A DNA stretch of 63,336 bases, filler included, from Globobulimina sp. (GCA_003354225.1; 32 parts of 32 records of this genome joined end to end with filler, not necessarily neighbours in it); one strand, 5' to 3'; positions 10,898-23,487 are shown, numbered from the whole stretch's first letter. The notes: a model not told the origin generated them from the sequence alone. Program-made: numbers and translations.

Positions 10898-11521
10898 ATG
10901 GCCGGCTGCGATGTGGGAGTATGTTGTACCTATTCTTCATGCAAACTTTTAGCATTAATATTTAAATAACTATAAACTCAGATTATATGGAGCGTTTTTA
11001 ATGTTAAGCATCCAAAGAATATCATATAATCATTCATTTGCAAAAAAACAACAAATTAAAATAGTGCATTATTGGAATAACCATAGTGTGTGCAAACTTA
11101 TTGGGGCTATTTTCAGGATTTTCATTATGTGCAGCATTTAATATCCTTTTTGGATTATCCATTGCTTGGGTTGCTATCACCACACGATTCTGTGATCAAT
11201 ATGCTTTAAAATGGGTCAGTTCAACAAACAAACAAAAAACATACAATTTCAATAACATATCAATGCATTTACAATTGTATCTTTTTTTTTGTTTGTTGCA
11301 TGATCAAGTTTCCTTTTTGGAATAATTTCTTATTTATGGGATTGACATTCATATATTTTAGTTGTGGGGTCGGTGGTTGTTTCAATGGAGATTTCGATAT
11401 AATGTGCGTTCTATTCCTGTTTATATTACTTGTCGGAATATTATATTGCATATTATGGCTATTAAAGACATTGGCCGATGTAAATGTGCCTGATCCAGTA
11501 CCATTGGAAACATGTTGTTAA
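10898..11521 (+). CDS. Small multi-pass membrane protein, paralog B; three introns
   Basis: Spliced reading MAGCDVG|IIWSVFN|CIIGITIVCANLL...CDQYALKW|FPFWNNFLFMGLTFIYFSCG...VPDPVPLETCC; clearly homologous to paralog A. Confidence 0.72.
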
Positions 11522-11570
11522 TAAATGTAAATATCAACAAGTGCAAGGATGTAAAATTAAAAACTTCAAT

Positions 11571-11804
11571 TCAATTTCCTTCGATTTCACGCAATTCAGC
11601 GACAGTATTTTCGCCGCTGTTGTCAGCATCCAACATTTTAAATTTTGTCATTATTTCATCAATTTTAGTTTGTTCAACCTCTTGTGTTTCGACCAACATT
11701 TTGGATAAAAATTCGTATTTATCAATTTTCCCATCACCGTCCTGATCAAATTCCAACAATTGAGCCTCGGAAATGAGAGCCCGCCGCATCACACTTTGCT
11801 TAAA
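11571..11804 (-). CDS. C-terminal paired EF-hand region, TPK-like; copy 2 (inverted, 5' truncated)
   Basis: Near-identical to 9921-10154; one amino-acid change (I to N). Confidence 0.7.
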   Translation of the reverse strand, partial: FKQSVMRRALISEAQLLEFDQDGDGKIDKYEFLSKMLVETQEVEQTKIDEIMTKFKMLDADNSGENTVAELREIEGN

Positions 11805-11904
11805 NNNNNNNNNNNNNNNNNNNNNNNNNNNNNNNNNNNNNNNNNNNNTTAATTAATTAANNNNNNNNNNNNNNNNNNNNNNNNNNNNNNNNNNNNNNNN
11901 NNNN

Positions 11905-13788
11905 TGGTCATAATAGTTAACAATAACTTTCTTTAATAATTGATTAATATTTTGATCATTATTACTAGTCACATTTATAACATTTGAACGACTCCCAAAT
12001 GATATCGATTTAATACATTCATTATTAATATCTTTAATCACAACACAATCACTAAATTGCTTATTTATAAAATCCATTTGCAAATCTGACCATTCTGTTA
12101 ATATTTGTTCAATATTTTCTAAATCTTGTTTATAATAATGTTTGTTTGAACATTTAGTCATTAATTTGTATAAATAAGTCAGAATTGAGAATATCACACG
12201 CAAATAACTTTGTTGATGCCCCTCTTTTAATATGCAATTCATCATAAATTTTAAAAAAGTAACCCTTCGTTTAATCATGTCATCTTTTTTATTTTTATTT
12301 GCGTTATGTCCAAACGCAAGAATAGCTTCATCCGTAACAGATAAATATACATAAATACAACATAATGCTACAAATGGTAAGACATTCAATGTATTGCTTA
12401 TATTATATTCACCAAATATACTTTTAATACAATTATAAATGGATTTAATTTGTTTTATTTCTTGCTTAATATTAATATTCTTTTTACTGCCATCCATCGT
12501 GTCATATCGTAATATTTCTAAAATTAAACGTGTATAAAATCTCGATGAAACATCCACATTTTTTATTGTTAATCGATGTGCTCTTTTTACCTGATTTCGT
12601 GTACATTTTCTATCTCCAAATATTAATGAAATATGTGCTGATAAATAGTGTCATTTAATTGCTGTCATTCGTAAAAATAATTTAATTTCAGAAACATTTA
12701 AAATATCTCCATTTCGTATATTCTCTGCAAAACGTTTCATAAATAAATTACTTTTATTTCTCATTTTTAATTCATTCAATTTATCCGCAGAAAAAGATGC
12801 TGGTTTCAGCTTAGACTGAGTGCCATCACCGTGTTTTAACAACATTTTTATACTCTCATTATTGCAAATCATACCTGCAATTTCAATGATATTTTTATTA
12901 ATATTCGAATCAGAATTACATAATGATAAATATGTGCATATATTCCAGATAAAAAATTTAAAATTTAATAACCCAAAATCCGTATCATTTTTACTCTGCA
13001 ATTCTGGCATAATATTAATTATTTTCTCAATATAAACATTTGCGTCGGCCATTTTGCCACAATGCAAACAATCAAATAATTTGAATAATAATTGTATAAC
13101 ACTTGGCAATGAGGACATATTTAACCAACGAATATGTTTTAATAATTCACTATTCTCATTACAATGCATTGCATTCACTCTCTTTAACAATGGCACTATT
13201 TTTCGCGTGAAATATTTCCCATTGATTTCATTCACCAAACTATAAATATTTGATTTTTTGCATCGATTATGTTTTCTGAAAAATGATATTATTTCCAATT
13301 CAAAAAATGATAATTTATGAGTGGTGGCATTGTTATCTGTGGTCTGCATCAAATACCTAATATTTTCGCAAATTTCTCCTAATTTTTTATCTTTTGATTC
13401 AAACGAAGCATTTCGAACAATCCATAACAAATTCATAAACGCACAAAAATTTATTAACATACAAATATCAGCATCCATAATATAATTATTTGCATTTCCA
13501 TTATTTAATTTTTGTCGTTTATGTGTTTTGCTGCTTTTTTGGTCATTATCATTCCATTGCAATTTTCTTTTTTTTTCTCCAATTTGGTGCACCACAAATT
13601 CGCAATCATTGTCAATATATTTAAATAAATCATTTGTAGTTTCAATTAATAGCATTCCGGCTTTGGCATTTTCATTAAATCTCATTCGTAGCATAATTTG
13701 TAAAAATCGTAAAAATAAATCACAGACTTTTGGTAATTTCGTTTCGTTTTTGATTAGGATTTGAAATAAGATATTGTCGATATCTATA
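11905..13788 (-). CDS. Hypothetical helical protein (two ORF segments, probably one spliced or frameshifted gene, partial)
   Basis: 347-aa and ~220-aa same-strand ORFs separated by under 100 bp; no recognisable domain. Confidence 0.5.
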
Positions 13789-14462
13789 NNNNNNNNNNNN
13801 NNNNNNNNNNNNNNNNNNNNNNNNNNNNNNNNTTAATTAATTAANNNNNNNNNNNNNNNNNNNNNNNNNNNNNNNNNNNNNNNNNNNNAATGTGAAAAAT
13901 CTGCTTCAACTCCTTTACAATCCTTTAAGAAAAAAAGTTTGAAGTTGTTACAATTGTTGCAATTGCGATGGGACCTAGGACCTAGGGTCAAATTTTAATT
14001 ACGTAATTTAACAACATTCCCTTATGTAATATAAAAAAAATCAAAATACTTATCGAACAGATTGCATTTTTGAGAAACGTTTGATAAGTTTTTGAAAAAA
14101 TCAGTACTTATCGGAAAGCCCTATTGTATACTTGAGATAGCGGACAGCTATACACCCGTATTAAAACAATGCGCTATATTCTAACCATATTATTTGGATT
14201 CTATCTTACGTTGCCAACAAACGTGAACCGAGATAATGCTATAAAAGTAAAGTATTTTAGAGATAAAACACACATTTTCCATTAAAAAAGAATTAAAAAC
14301 ATTGCAAAACACAAAGAGAATGTATTTCATGGATTCTACATATACGTGACTAGGAAGTGATAAATGTACTTTTATAAATTATATATATATATATATGTTT
14401 TCACAAATTCCCTTGTTTAATTTAAAAACACTTGTTTGCACTCAAATATTAAAATTAATTAA

Positions 14463-15772
14463 TTAAAAATCATTTCCTCTCGAAACAATTTCTTTACAGG
14501 TTGGTTTCAACAAAATCGTATGTTCGTACTGTGCAGTAAACGAACCAGCAATATCACATAAGGGAGGATATGCTCTTACAATCTCATAATCGACTAAATT
14601 TTTTAAGGACATTAAGTGTCTTTTTTGTCCGCAGTCATCTAACCATCGGCGGCAAAATGGTATTGTCCCAAATCTTTTATTGATAAATTTGTATAAATCC
14701 TTTGCGCCGCGATGATTAATGGAATGTAGATTAATTTTATGATTTTTATGATTATTATTCGGTATTAAGGCAAAATGCGAACATTCGCCTTGGTCATAAA
14801 CAACGCCATTGCCCGTTGTACCAAATGTTTCAATGGCAAATAACTCATTTTCTTCCATTTTGGTTTGGTCGTTGGTCTTTACGATGGGCACGGTTTTGCC
14901 GCCATGAATTTCCCACGGACCGATACTGTGTCCATTCAGATTGCGAATGCATTTCACGCCATACACCTTATTATCGTAGCTGCACTCATACGATTCCATT
15001 ACTTCTTGGATTTCACCACCAATCTCTCCCAAACGCGCATCAATTCCCATCACACAAATACCGCGATTTGTGGCGGCGCGCACTGCCTCCATCAAAGAGT
15101 CGTGCCGCTCCGAAAAGGACATTGAAAAGGCGCAGTCAATGATGTTTCCATTGATTTGCACTCCAAAATCAATTTTGCATAAATCCGAGGCGCATAATCG
15201 CCGCTTGTCGCCCGTGTTTGGAGTGTAATGCGCAGCGCAATTATTCAAGGATACGCCGGTCGGAAAGCCCCAGCCTCTCTCATACGGCGATGCCGCTTTA
15301 TAGCCAACCAACTGCGCCGAGCTTCTTTCTATAAACTCGCAGATTTGACTCATCTGCAAACCGGGTTTGATAAAACGTTGCGCGGCTTGCCTTACTTGGC
15401 GGTGCACCTCCGATGCTTCTCGAATATCACGCAATCGACGTTCAAATATCAATTCATTTTCAATTGCTTTCTTTTCACTCGATTCCATGCGACTTATTAT
15501 TATTCATTTATGTTATCATCCATCGACATTCAACAAATCGCATATTCGCACTTAACTATTTGCCATTGTTTGGATGCGGCATTGTTTGCACAACGTCATA
15601 TTTCTTCTCTTCCCATAGGTCCCTCACTGGTATGGATGGAGGAAATGTTTGACCGCATTCTTTGTATTTATCCAATGGAACTACATTAATTCCGCGAATT
15701 TCTAATGATTCAATTTTCATTTCTTCATTTTCATGTCTTTTTGCTTGATTTTTTTGTTTGCTTTTTGATCCT
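14463..15772 (-). CDS. METAP2: Methionine aminopeptidase 2 (5' truncated, one intron ~15493-15555)
   Basis: GQTFPPSIPV upstream exon, then GFPTGVSLNNCAAHYTPN, KIDFGVQING, NLNGHSI, AIETFGTTG and AQYEHTILL. Confidence 0.96.
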
Positions 15773-15872
15773 NNNNNNNNNNNNNNNNNNNNNNNNNNNN
15801 NNNNNNNNNNNNNNNNTTAATTAATTAANNNNNNNNNNNNNNNNNNNNNNNNNNNNNNNNNNNNNNNNNNNN

Positions 15873-16367
15873 TTCATTTTTGTCATTGATTACAAAGGTA
15901 TTATTTAATAATTCTAGCATATATTTGTTTTTTAGTGACCACTCTGTGACATTTAATGAACATCCATGCCCAGATTGTGATATATTATTTGTGCGATCAC
16001 GCAAATACATATCTGTCAAATATTGCAAATATGGAACATTTAATAAACGACCGATGGTTATTACACGTAATATATTTATATCAGACTTCATTTCGGTATT
16101 AAAAATTGTAACTAATGAGTTTGAATAAATTCTTTTTGTTTCTTCAATTTCATTGTCGCTCACTTTCCAGTCAGAAGCTGTTATATTTAATGGTTTGAAT
16201 AATATTAAATTGTCCTCAAACGCGTTTTTATTTTTAGAGCATTTTTGTAATATTCCATGAACTTCTTTGTATCTAATTTCTTCATTTAAGGGTTGATCAA
16301 GAAACGGAAATTCCTCATCAAAATCAACTAATTGACAATCTTCGAAATTCTCGCAAAGTTCTTCCAA
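15873..16367 (-). CDS. Hypothetical protein (partial)
   Basis: About 165-aa ORF running off the contig. Confidence 0.4.
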
Positions 16368-16641
16368 TACAAAATCTATAATGTATGCAACATATTTTCT
16401 TTTGTAATTATATTACAAAATAAAAGAGTGCACTTAATGACAAACCAGAATCAAATCCATTTTCGTCACAAAATTCTTTAAATTTACCTACATTTTTCTT
16501 TACAAAGTAATCTTTTTTATCATTTTTGACATAATATCGACCCAAACATACATCTATTTGATTAATAATACCATTTGTAGACATTGTTCGTGAAATAAAA
16601 TGTTTTTTAATTTAATCTAAATTATCTAAAGTTGTTGTATC

Positions 16642-17755
16642 ATGGCAGAGTTTTGTGAATTAGCAATCGAAGAAACTGCAAAACAAATTGCCATAAAATT
16701 CCCAAATTATCCCAACCTCGCAAATACATTTAAAGCTCAATGCATTGAGGAGGCATATGACGAATTAGAAGTTTTGATCGAAGATGTCCATGAAGGATTT
16801 GATGAATCTGTTATTCTCGAAGCAATCGCAGAAGAAATAGAAATTCAGGAACACGATAAAAATGCTATTTGCACAGCTATCCACCATGCATTGCTTAACT
16901 TTTCTGAACCACCAACAGTTCCAATTACATTGAATTTAGGTATAACACATTTTTTGTTCACAGTCCACACAACAAAAATATGTACAAACCTGCAACAAAC
17001 TTATTAAATTTTTTATAGTTGATATTGACACTAATATCGATGAAAAAGAATTGGATTTAATGAAAGAATTAGTATCAACACAGGCCAGTCAATTAAAACC
17101 AGACAGCAATGACGACATTTCCTTACTAACTACGTTGTGTATGGGCAAACACAATAATTTCCCATTATTAATATACTTAATAGATACGTTTGGTCGTTGG
17201 AGCATGCTAAGATATGAAAGATTACACAAAGAATTAAAGCAATATGACCTTCAGGAGCAAAGGCAACAATTCATTGCAAAATATTTTCAGATTATTCAAC
17301 TGTCAGATTTCTTTTCGAAATGCGCTGCAATCAAAAAAATCAAAGCCAAAACGCGTTTGTATTTTGAACATAGCATCAATGCATTTTTTCGACGCATAAC
17401 ACATCCGTTAAAAGTATTACCGGAGCATATTCCATATGTAATCAATGATTCTTTGCTCATTTTTGTCAACTATTTCATTGCAATGCTGCTTTCCGTACAT
17501 AATATCATCAGGAATCCCAGCACGAAGCTACCGCTCCAGATCGATTTTTGGCTGATCCCAAAGGCGCTGAGTATGAATATCACAGATAAATATGATGAGG
17601 ACTTATCCGATGAGGAAGATGAGCAAAAAACAACTAAATTGCATGACTTTACAGCGCGCTTAAAGCAAACGGATAATTTAGTTTGTATGGATATAAAAAT
17701 GAAGCAAAATACTTTATTTTTAAAACGTACTTTGTGTAAAGTTTATGAGGAAGTG
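16642..17755 (+). CDS. Hypothetical protein, one intron (~16940-17018), 3' truncated
   Basis: Two ORFs joined by a GT...AG segment; acidic N-terminus. Confidence 0.55.
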
Positions 17756-17855
17756 NNNNNNNNNNNNNNNNNNNNNNNNNNNNNNNNNNNNNNNNNNNNT
17801 TAATTAATTAANNNNNNNNNNNNNNNNNNNNNNNNNNNNNNNNNNNNNNNNNNNN

Positions 17856-18181
17856 TTTTCCAAACCATTGCTTTCTCGTAATTTACGGATAGTTATCTCA
17901 TATTTTTCGGCTTCTTTTTTAAGTGTTTGTTGCAGTGTTTTATTCTCCGCCATCATATTTTGTTTCGTTTCTTTTAATTGACCCAACGTATTCATATTGA
18001 CGTTATTCAAAATATATTTGTCGATAATCTCTTCTTTGTATTTCAAGGCATAGAAATTGTCGGCATCATTGCTCCAATTTGCGCTCAGTTGGATGCGTCG
18101 GATACATTGAATGCTGTCATCATACATATTATTCACTGAAATGACCAAATCATATCCAATTTCATTCTGCTCATTTACCAT
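17856..18181 (-). CDS. Hypothetical coiled-coil protein N-terminus (partial)
   Basis: ORF with heptad-like C-terminal region. Confidence 0.4.
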
Positions 18182-18283
18182 ATTACTACCAATTCTTGTT
18201 CATTCTGAAATGTTCCAATTCTTGTTCAATTTCTTGAGCTGAAAAAAACTTTCAAGTGTCGAATGCCCCAAACTCAAAGCGAT

Positions 18284-19243
18284 TTAATTACAAATAAATA
18301 TTGAAACTACGATTTCAAATAAATATTGATACAAATAAATTAAAAGTTTGTTTTCACCCGTTAAAAGTTTTGAAAATGAATTTTCAAAGTTGAAATAAGT
18401 TATGGAATATCCTTTAATTAATACTAATATTGTTATGACTCTGAGATTTCGACTGATACTACGATTTCTATTTCGAAAATTCCAACTAATATTACCAAAT
18501 AATAACACTGCATCATCTCCATTCAATTTGATTTGTTTATATTTTGTATCCATTATCTTGAAAATATCATCTTTCAGTGTTCTGTAATTTGCATTCCATT
18601 CAGGTGAGAATGATTTCAATAAATTTGTTTTATTCCATTTATTTTCAATTGCGATTTCTACAAAATCTTTTTTTTTCAACAATATTTTTGGTGAAAGTAT
18701 ATGTTTATTTGTATTTATGTTTTTATTCAATGATGATTTAATTTTTAATTGTTTAACATAGCCAAATTTATCACAGTCCATATAAAATACAAATTCACCA
18801 TTAACTAGTTGATGAATTGGTATTATTTTCTTTTTATATTTGCTATAATTGTCTTCAGTTATTTTAAAGATATTTTCTTCCGAAGGACATTTAACACATG
18901 CTGTTAAAATACTAAATAAGTAAACAGACGCCACATGTGAAGCATTACCTGTACCATCATAACAAACGTTTTCATCAAATGCATAATCATCATCATCATT
19001 GTCAGGGTCACTGTCTCCATCAACATCCATATTATTATTATTATGACGTGCATGTCGATCATTAAATGTAACATCTCCTTTAAATAGATTATTCATATGA
19101 TTTGAAAAACTGTTTGTCAAATCAACCCAAAATTTATCACTCTCAGTTCTATCGTAATGATAAATGTTTCGTTCCATTGTTGAGTTCGTATATAATACTG
19201 CCCTTTCATCTGCACTTACTTCTACGTATCCGTTTTGTCGCAT
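18284..19243 (-). CDS. Hypothetical protein
   Basis: 319-aa ORF with no recognised domain. Confidence 0.45.
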   Translation of the reverse strand: MRQNGYVEVSADERAVLYTNSTMERNIYHYDRTESDKFWVDLTNSFSNHMNNLFKGDVTFNDRHARHNNNNMDVDGDSDPDNDDDDYAFDENVCYDGTGNASHVASVYLFSILTACVKCPSEENIFKITEDNYSKYKKKIIPIHQLVNGEFVFYMDCDKFGYVKQLKIKSSLNKNINTNKHILSPKILLKKKDFVEIAIENKWNKTNLLKSFSPEWNANYRTLKDDIFKIMDTKYKQIKLNGDDAVLLFGNISWNFRNRNRSISRNLRVITILVLIKGYSITYFNFENSFSKLLTGENKLLIYLYQYLFEIVVSIFICN

Positions 19244-19493
19244 CTTTTTTGCTTTGATGATTATTTTATTGTATCTTCTTTATTGTATCTTATTTTTGTC
19301 AAATTATGAAAACATTCTGATAAAAATACTTACTTGTAATGGTTCATAATCGTTGCTAACCATCATCTATTCAGCTGTATTTACAATCAATTATGATTTC
19401 CCCTATTTATATCTTTAATTAAAAACTCCGTCTTCTTATTACTTGTTTTCCTAGCTGAACTAATTATAGCCTACCTAATACTAATCAACTACT

Positions 19494-19666
19494 ACAAAAC
19501 GTACAAACAACATCTGATTCACTGGCAAGATGCTAAGCGTGTATTGTAGGTCAAACTAATATACACATGGATTGAAATAAACAAAACGTACAACCAACAT
19601 CTTATTCACTAGCAAGAGGCTAAGCGTATATTGTAGTTCAAAACTAATAAACACATGGATTGAAAT
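19494..19666. repeat. Imperfect tandem direct repeat, 2 x ~87 bp
   Basis: acaaaacgtacaa.caacatct.attcact.gcaaga.gctaagcgt.tattgtag.tca...acacatggattgaaat occurs at 19494 and 19581. Confidence 0.9.
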
Positions 19667-19853
19667 TAAGGACTGGCTTTTACTTCGTCTATCATCAGTG
19701 GGGGTTCCTACATTTTGTCAGTTTTGAAAAGTTTCATANNNNNNNNNNNNNNNNNNNNNNNNNNNNNNNNNNNNNNNNNNNNTTAATTAATTAANNNNNN
19801 NNNNNNNNNNNNNNNNNNNNNNNNNNNNNNNNNNNNNNTTTAGTATTTTAAAT

Positions 19854-21212
19854 TTACTGTGATTTATTATTCGTAGCATCCACATCAAAACTATGAAAAG
19901 CTTGTTTTAGTTTAGGATCTTGATATATTCGATTCAAAATCTCCTTCACCAGAGATCTTGACTGTTGCTGCAGCAATGCAACTTTTTTCTTTTTCATATT
20001 TTTCCATACAATTATAGCCCAGATAACAGTCAATACAATGATACCGATTTGAGTGGCATAATTAAATAATTGTTCAAACTCTCGATACAAATGCACAGCA
20101 TCGCTACCAACGCCATTAAACAACAAAACAACAACAAAAGTAACAAATACAACAATACCTAAAACATAACAAATGGGATTGATTAAATTTACCATAACCG
20201 GCGTATAATAGATACGCAATGATGAGGCAAACACTGTGAATAACGTCAATATATTAAATAATAATTCTAATTTAAAATATTTTAAACATTCGTGCAACTT
20301 CACTTTGATGACAAGAAATTGCTCCAATCGATTACCATGAAATGACACAATTAAGTTTGACAAATCTTTGATATATTCAACATGTACAAGTAATAAATTA
20401 TTAATCATTAAACAGTGTTCTTTGCCGTATTGTTGCATGATTTTATTGATTCCGGTTTCAAATAAATAGGTTAAACCATAACTTTCTTTCCATAAAAACC
20501 AATCTAAAATGCACCAAATCACAAAGGACCAAAATGTACGAAACACGGAATAATGTAAACTTATATTATTGCTATCATCATAACTATAATCCGCACCAAA
20601 TGGGTTTACAATCTCTGGGAAATTGAATTCAATCTCAAAATATCCCATGTTCCATCCCTGTGATTGTGGTGGCGATGGGGATGGGGATGACTGTGCTGAT
20701 GATATGTCAGGGGCTGATAAGTAATAATAAGTAATATAATACGACAAATGGATAAGAAAATTTGTCAATGAATTCCATTTTAAAATTGGTGAGATTAACC
20801 ATGGAAATGTTATGATTAATGGATCTAAATTATATCCCATTCCTTTTGTAGTCTCTTCTATTGTCCGCTTTGTATTATCATTGTCATTGTCATTTCCAGC
20901 AATGTCATTTTCTGCAATGCGGTTTATCAAAGTCCTTATATCCGAATGATATCTCCATTTCCAATGATAATGACATATTACACGATATGAACAAATCAAT
21001 CCAGTGAAAAACAATAAATTCTCGATCAATCCATAAATTACAGAGCACGCGATGATATTTTGTGAATTTACGCAGGTTATTTCATACACGTTATCCCAAA
21101 TAGATTTTGATGCGAAATTCCAATGCATAAAGTACAACAATACAACAGATAAAAACGCAATGACAATGCTGTTGAAATACAATCTTGCAGTTTGCACCAG
21201 TGACTGTGTCAT
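19854..21212 (-). CDS. Multi-pass membrane protein of unknown function
   Basis: About 450-aa ORF with several hydrophobic segments. Confidence 0.6.
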   Translation of the reverse strand: MTQSLVQTARLYFNSIVIAFLSVVLLYFMHWNFASKSIWDNVYEITCVNSQNIIACSVIYGLIENLLFFTGLICSYRVICHYHWKWRYHSDIRTLINRIAENDIAGNDNDNDNTKRTIEETTKGMGYNLDPLIITFPWLISPILKWNSLTNFLIHLSYYITYYYLSAPDISSAQSSPSPSPPQSQGWNMGYFEIEFNFPEIVNPFGADYSYDDSNNISLHYSVFRTFWSFVIWCILDWFLWKESYGLTYLFETGINKIMQQYGKEHCLMINNLLLVHVEYIKDLSNLIVSFHGNRLEQFLVIKVKLHECLKYFKLELLFNILTLFTVFASSLRIYYTPVMVNLINPICYVLGIVVFVTFVVVLLFNGVGSDAVHLYREFEQLFNYATQIGIIVLTVIWAIIVWKNMKKKKVALLQQQSRSLVKEILNRIYQDPKLKQAFHSFDVDATNNKSQ

Positions 21213-21334
21213 GATTTTCAACAAAGTAGTTTTTTAAGTTCACAACAACTTTAGCTTCAAATCGCACGTCTTTTCATCCTTGCTCTCCTGTCGTACAATA
21301 AGTCGCTCCACATCCACGCCAAAAATAAGCAATT

Positions 21335-21721
21335 ATGTTCTCGCGAGTTGCAAGAACACTGACCAGAACCAATCAAGTATGCAACACATTACTTTATACG
21401 GAATTTATTTTGGTTATAAAAACACAAAACACAAATTATAAAACACACAGTTATCTAATACCACGCACACATTATTTAACAATGCAATGCGATCCGCAGT
21501 AATTGGAATCGATTTAGGAACCACCAATTCTGCAGTGTCCATATTCGAAGGTTCCCAACCCAAAATAATCCAAAATGCAGAAGGCTCGCGGACCACACCA
21601 TCATTTGTTGCGTTTTCATCTAAAAAAGAAGGTGGCGTGGAACGATTGGTTGGAACCCCAGCAAAACGACAAGCGGTTACAAATCCGGAATCTACCTTCT
21701 ATGCTACAAAACGTTTGATTG
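21335..21721 (+). CDS. HSPA9: Mitochondrial Hsp70 (mortalin/Ssc1 type), N-terminus with transit peptide; intron 21377-21450
   Basis: [29 protein letters not shown] (Arg/Thr-rich, no acidic residues), then [11 protein letters not shown]...[10 protein letters not shown]...[27 protein letters not shown]. Confidence 0.93.
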
Positions 21722-21821
21722 NNNNNNNNNNNNNNNNNNNNNNNNNNNNNNNNNNNNNNNNNNNNTTAATTAATTAANNNNNNNNNNNNNNNNNNNNNNN
21801 NNNNNNNNNNNNNNNNNNNNN

Positions 21822-23033
21822 CCAAAATACGATGATAGGTACCCCGTGGCGTCCGAAAACGCCATCAATTCGTGCTATTGGCGCTCGTTGGAGCTCGCCT
21901 CGGATCTCTGCGACGCCGGACATGCCATCAAAAGCATCCTCTTCCCGGCCATTTACCCGCCGCGCTTTTTCAGTGAGCAGTTGGCGATCCATATCTTGGC
22001 GCGCACTTTGCGCCGATTCCTGGAACGCTATCATGAGAGCGTACTGTTTGAGGCCGTGGTGGTCTGCGTCAACCACGATAAAAACGTGCAACTCTACACT
22101 CGCATATTCACCATCTACTTCCCGCGCGACGCACTGGACTTGAAATACAGCAGCAAATACATGCCGGCGTACACTGGAAATGTGAGCGGCGGCACTTGCG
22201 TGAAATTACGCAAACAGTACATCGAACTGTCGCCGCTGTGCTCCGTGCAGCCGAATGTGAGCATCGTCATCAACCGAAGCCGCAGACTGCCCAACTACGA
22301 AACGTACGACATTTACGGCAATTTGCGCGCGAGTTTGCAGTGCATGGTGGAGTACAAGGCGGAGCCCGAAAAAGTGTGGAAATTGCAGGAAAAGAAGAAG
22401 TGGGGCTGGCAAAAGGCGGAGGAAAGCTTCGCCATCAAATACCAGCGATATTGGAACCGGTGCCGCAAGTTTACGATCTCGCAGTGCTTGAACCAGATGA
22501 ATTTGTACCAGTTTGTGTATGTAGGCGGACAGGACCGCGATGGACGGGACATTGTGGTGTTTGTAGGGCAGCGGTTTCCGGCTCGCGTGCTGATGAAACA
22601 GGGCAAGTTGAAACAGGCTCTGTTGTATATCATCCGCGAGTTGCACCACATCGTGGACCGGGACTATGTGGTCATTTATTTGCATTCGTACTTGAATGAG
22701 GAGAGCAATTTGCCGCCGGTGTCGTGGATCAATCAGTGCTTCCAAGTCTGCGCGGGCCGGTTCAGTAAGAACTTGCTGAGTTTTTATGTGATTCATCCCA
22801 ACTTCCGGCTCAAGTCCTGGTTTTACATACTGTCCAATAAGATGTTCTATCAAAAGATTATATATTTGGACTCGATCACCAAGTTGGAACACTGTAATAT
22901 CGATTTGGAGCACGTGGCGTTGCCGGGCAAGGCGTGGGAATACGAGCGGGAGCTGTTTGGCGAAGAGAAGTTGGCGGATAAGATGGCGTTGGCGACGGAC
23001 GACTTGGTGTTGGATGCGCTGCCGTACAGATGA
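21822..23033 (+). CDS. GDAP2-like macro domain plus CRAL-TRIO/BCH domain protein (5' truncated)
   Basis: Macro C-terminal part ASENAINSCYWRSLEL...IKSILFPAI...AIHILARTLRRFLE, then GQDRDGRDIVVFVG...DYVVIYLHS...KNLLSFYVIHP (BCH/Sec14). Confidence 0.85.
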   Translation, partial: PKYDDRYPVASENAINSCYWRSLELASDLCDAGHAIKSILFPAIYPPRFFSEQLAIHILARTLRRFLERYHESVLFEAVVVCVNHDKNVQLYTRIFTIYFPRDALDLKYSSKYMPAYTGNVSGGTCVKLRKQYIELSPLCSVQPNVSIVINRSRRLPNYETYDIYGNLRASLQCMVEYKAEPEKVWKLQEKKKWGWQKAEESFAIKYQRYWNRCRKFTISQCLNQMNLYQFVYVGGQDRDGRDIVVFVGQRFPARVLMKQGKLKQALLYIIRELHHIVDRDYVVIYLHSYLNEESNLPPVSWINQCFQVCAGRFSKNLLSFYVIHPNFRLKSWFYILSNKMFYQKIIYLDSITKLEHCNIDLEHVALPGKAWEYERELFGEEKLADKMALATDDLVLDALPYR

Positions 23034-23487
23034 TCTGAAGCTGTTTCGTTTCTTTGATTGATTCGTTTTTATTCATTGTAACTTTTATTGTTTTTTGTTT
23101 CAATTGATTTGTTTTGTTTTAATCTCACTTTTCTTACCCTTTTTATGATTGATTGCATTTGATTTCAAATAATATATATTTACATTTTACAGTTGTGTAT
23201 TTGTATCACTTAATCACTATACCATCGATTCTGTGCTGCTTCTTCGATGCGCGAAATTTGCTACCTAATAAATGGCTCATTTCGCTCGCATATGATACGA
23301 AGACGACCTCCTCCACCGGATCCACCACATTTTTTTGGTTTGTTGTGTTTTGTATTTTTTCCCATGAAACTAAGCAAAAGAGCAGAAACCATTTGTTGAG
23401 AGAAATGCCGTTCATCTGGCACATGTGATGCATTTCCGACATATTCTTTTCAAAAATTGATAATTATTAAGTTTTAGGTTGAATTGA

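Larger units (their letters stand above)
9921..11804. repeat. ~242-bp inverted repeat arms (9921-10162 and 11563-11804) bounding the contig
   Basis: Arms are reverse complements with about 8 mismatches, mostly synonymous. Confidence 0.95.

Noticed and set aside
14816-15689. Plus-strand ORFs over MetAP2
   Set aside because: Antisense shadows with no motifs.
21774-23103. Several overlapping or antisense ORFs (e.g. 22206-22913, 22196-22699)
   Set aside because: Shadow ORFs of the GC-richer GDAP2-like coding sequence.
23206-23442. 78-aa minus-strand ORF as a spliced continuation of argD
   Set aside because: The translation has no resemblance to the downstream aminotransferase sequence (no EPIQGEGG or DEVQTG motifs).
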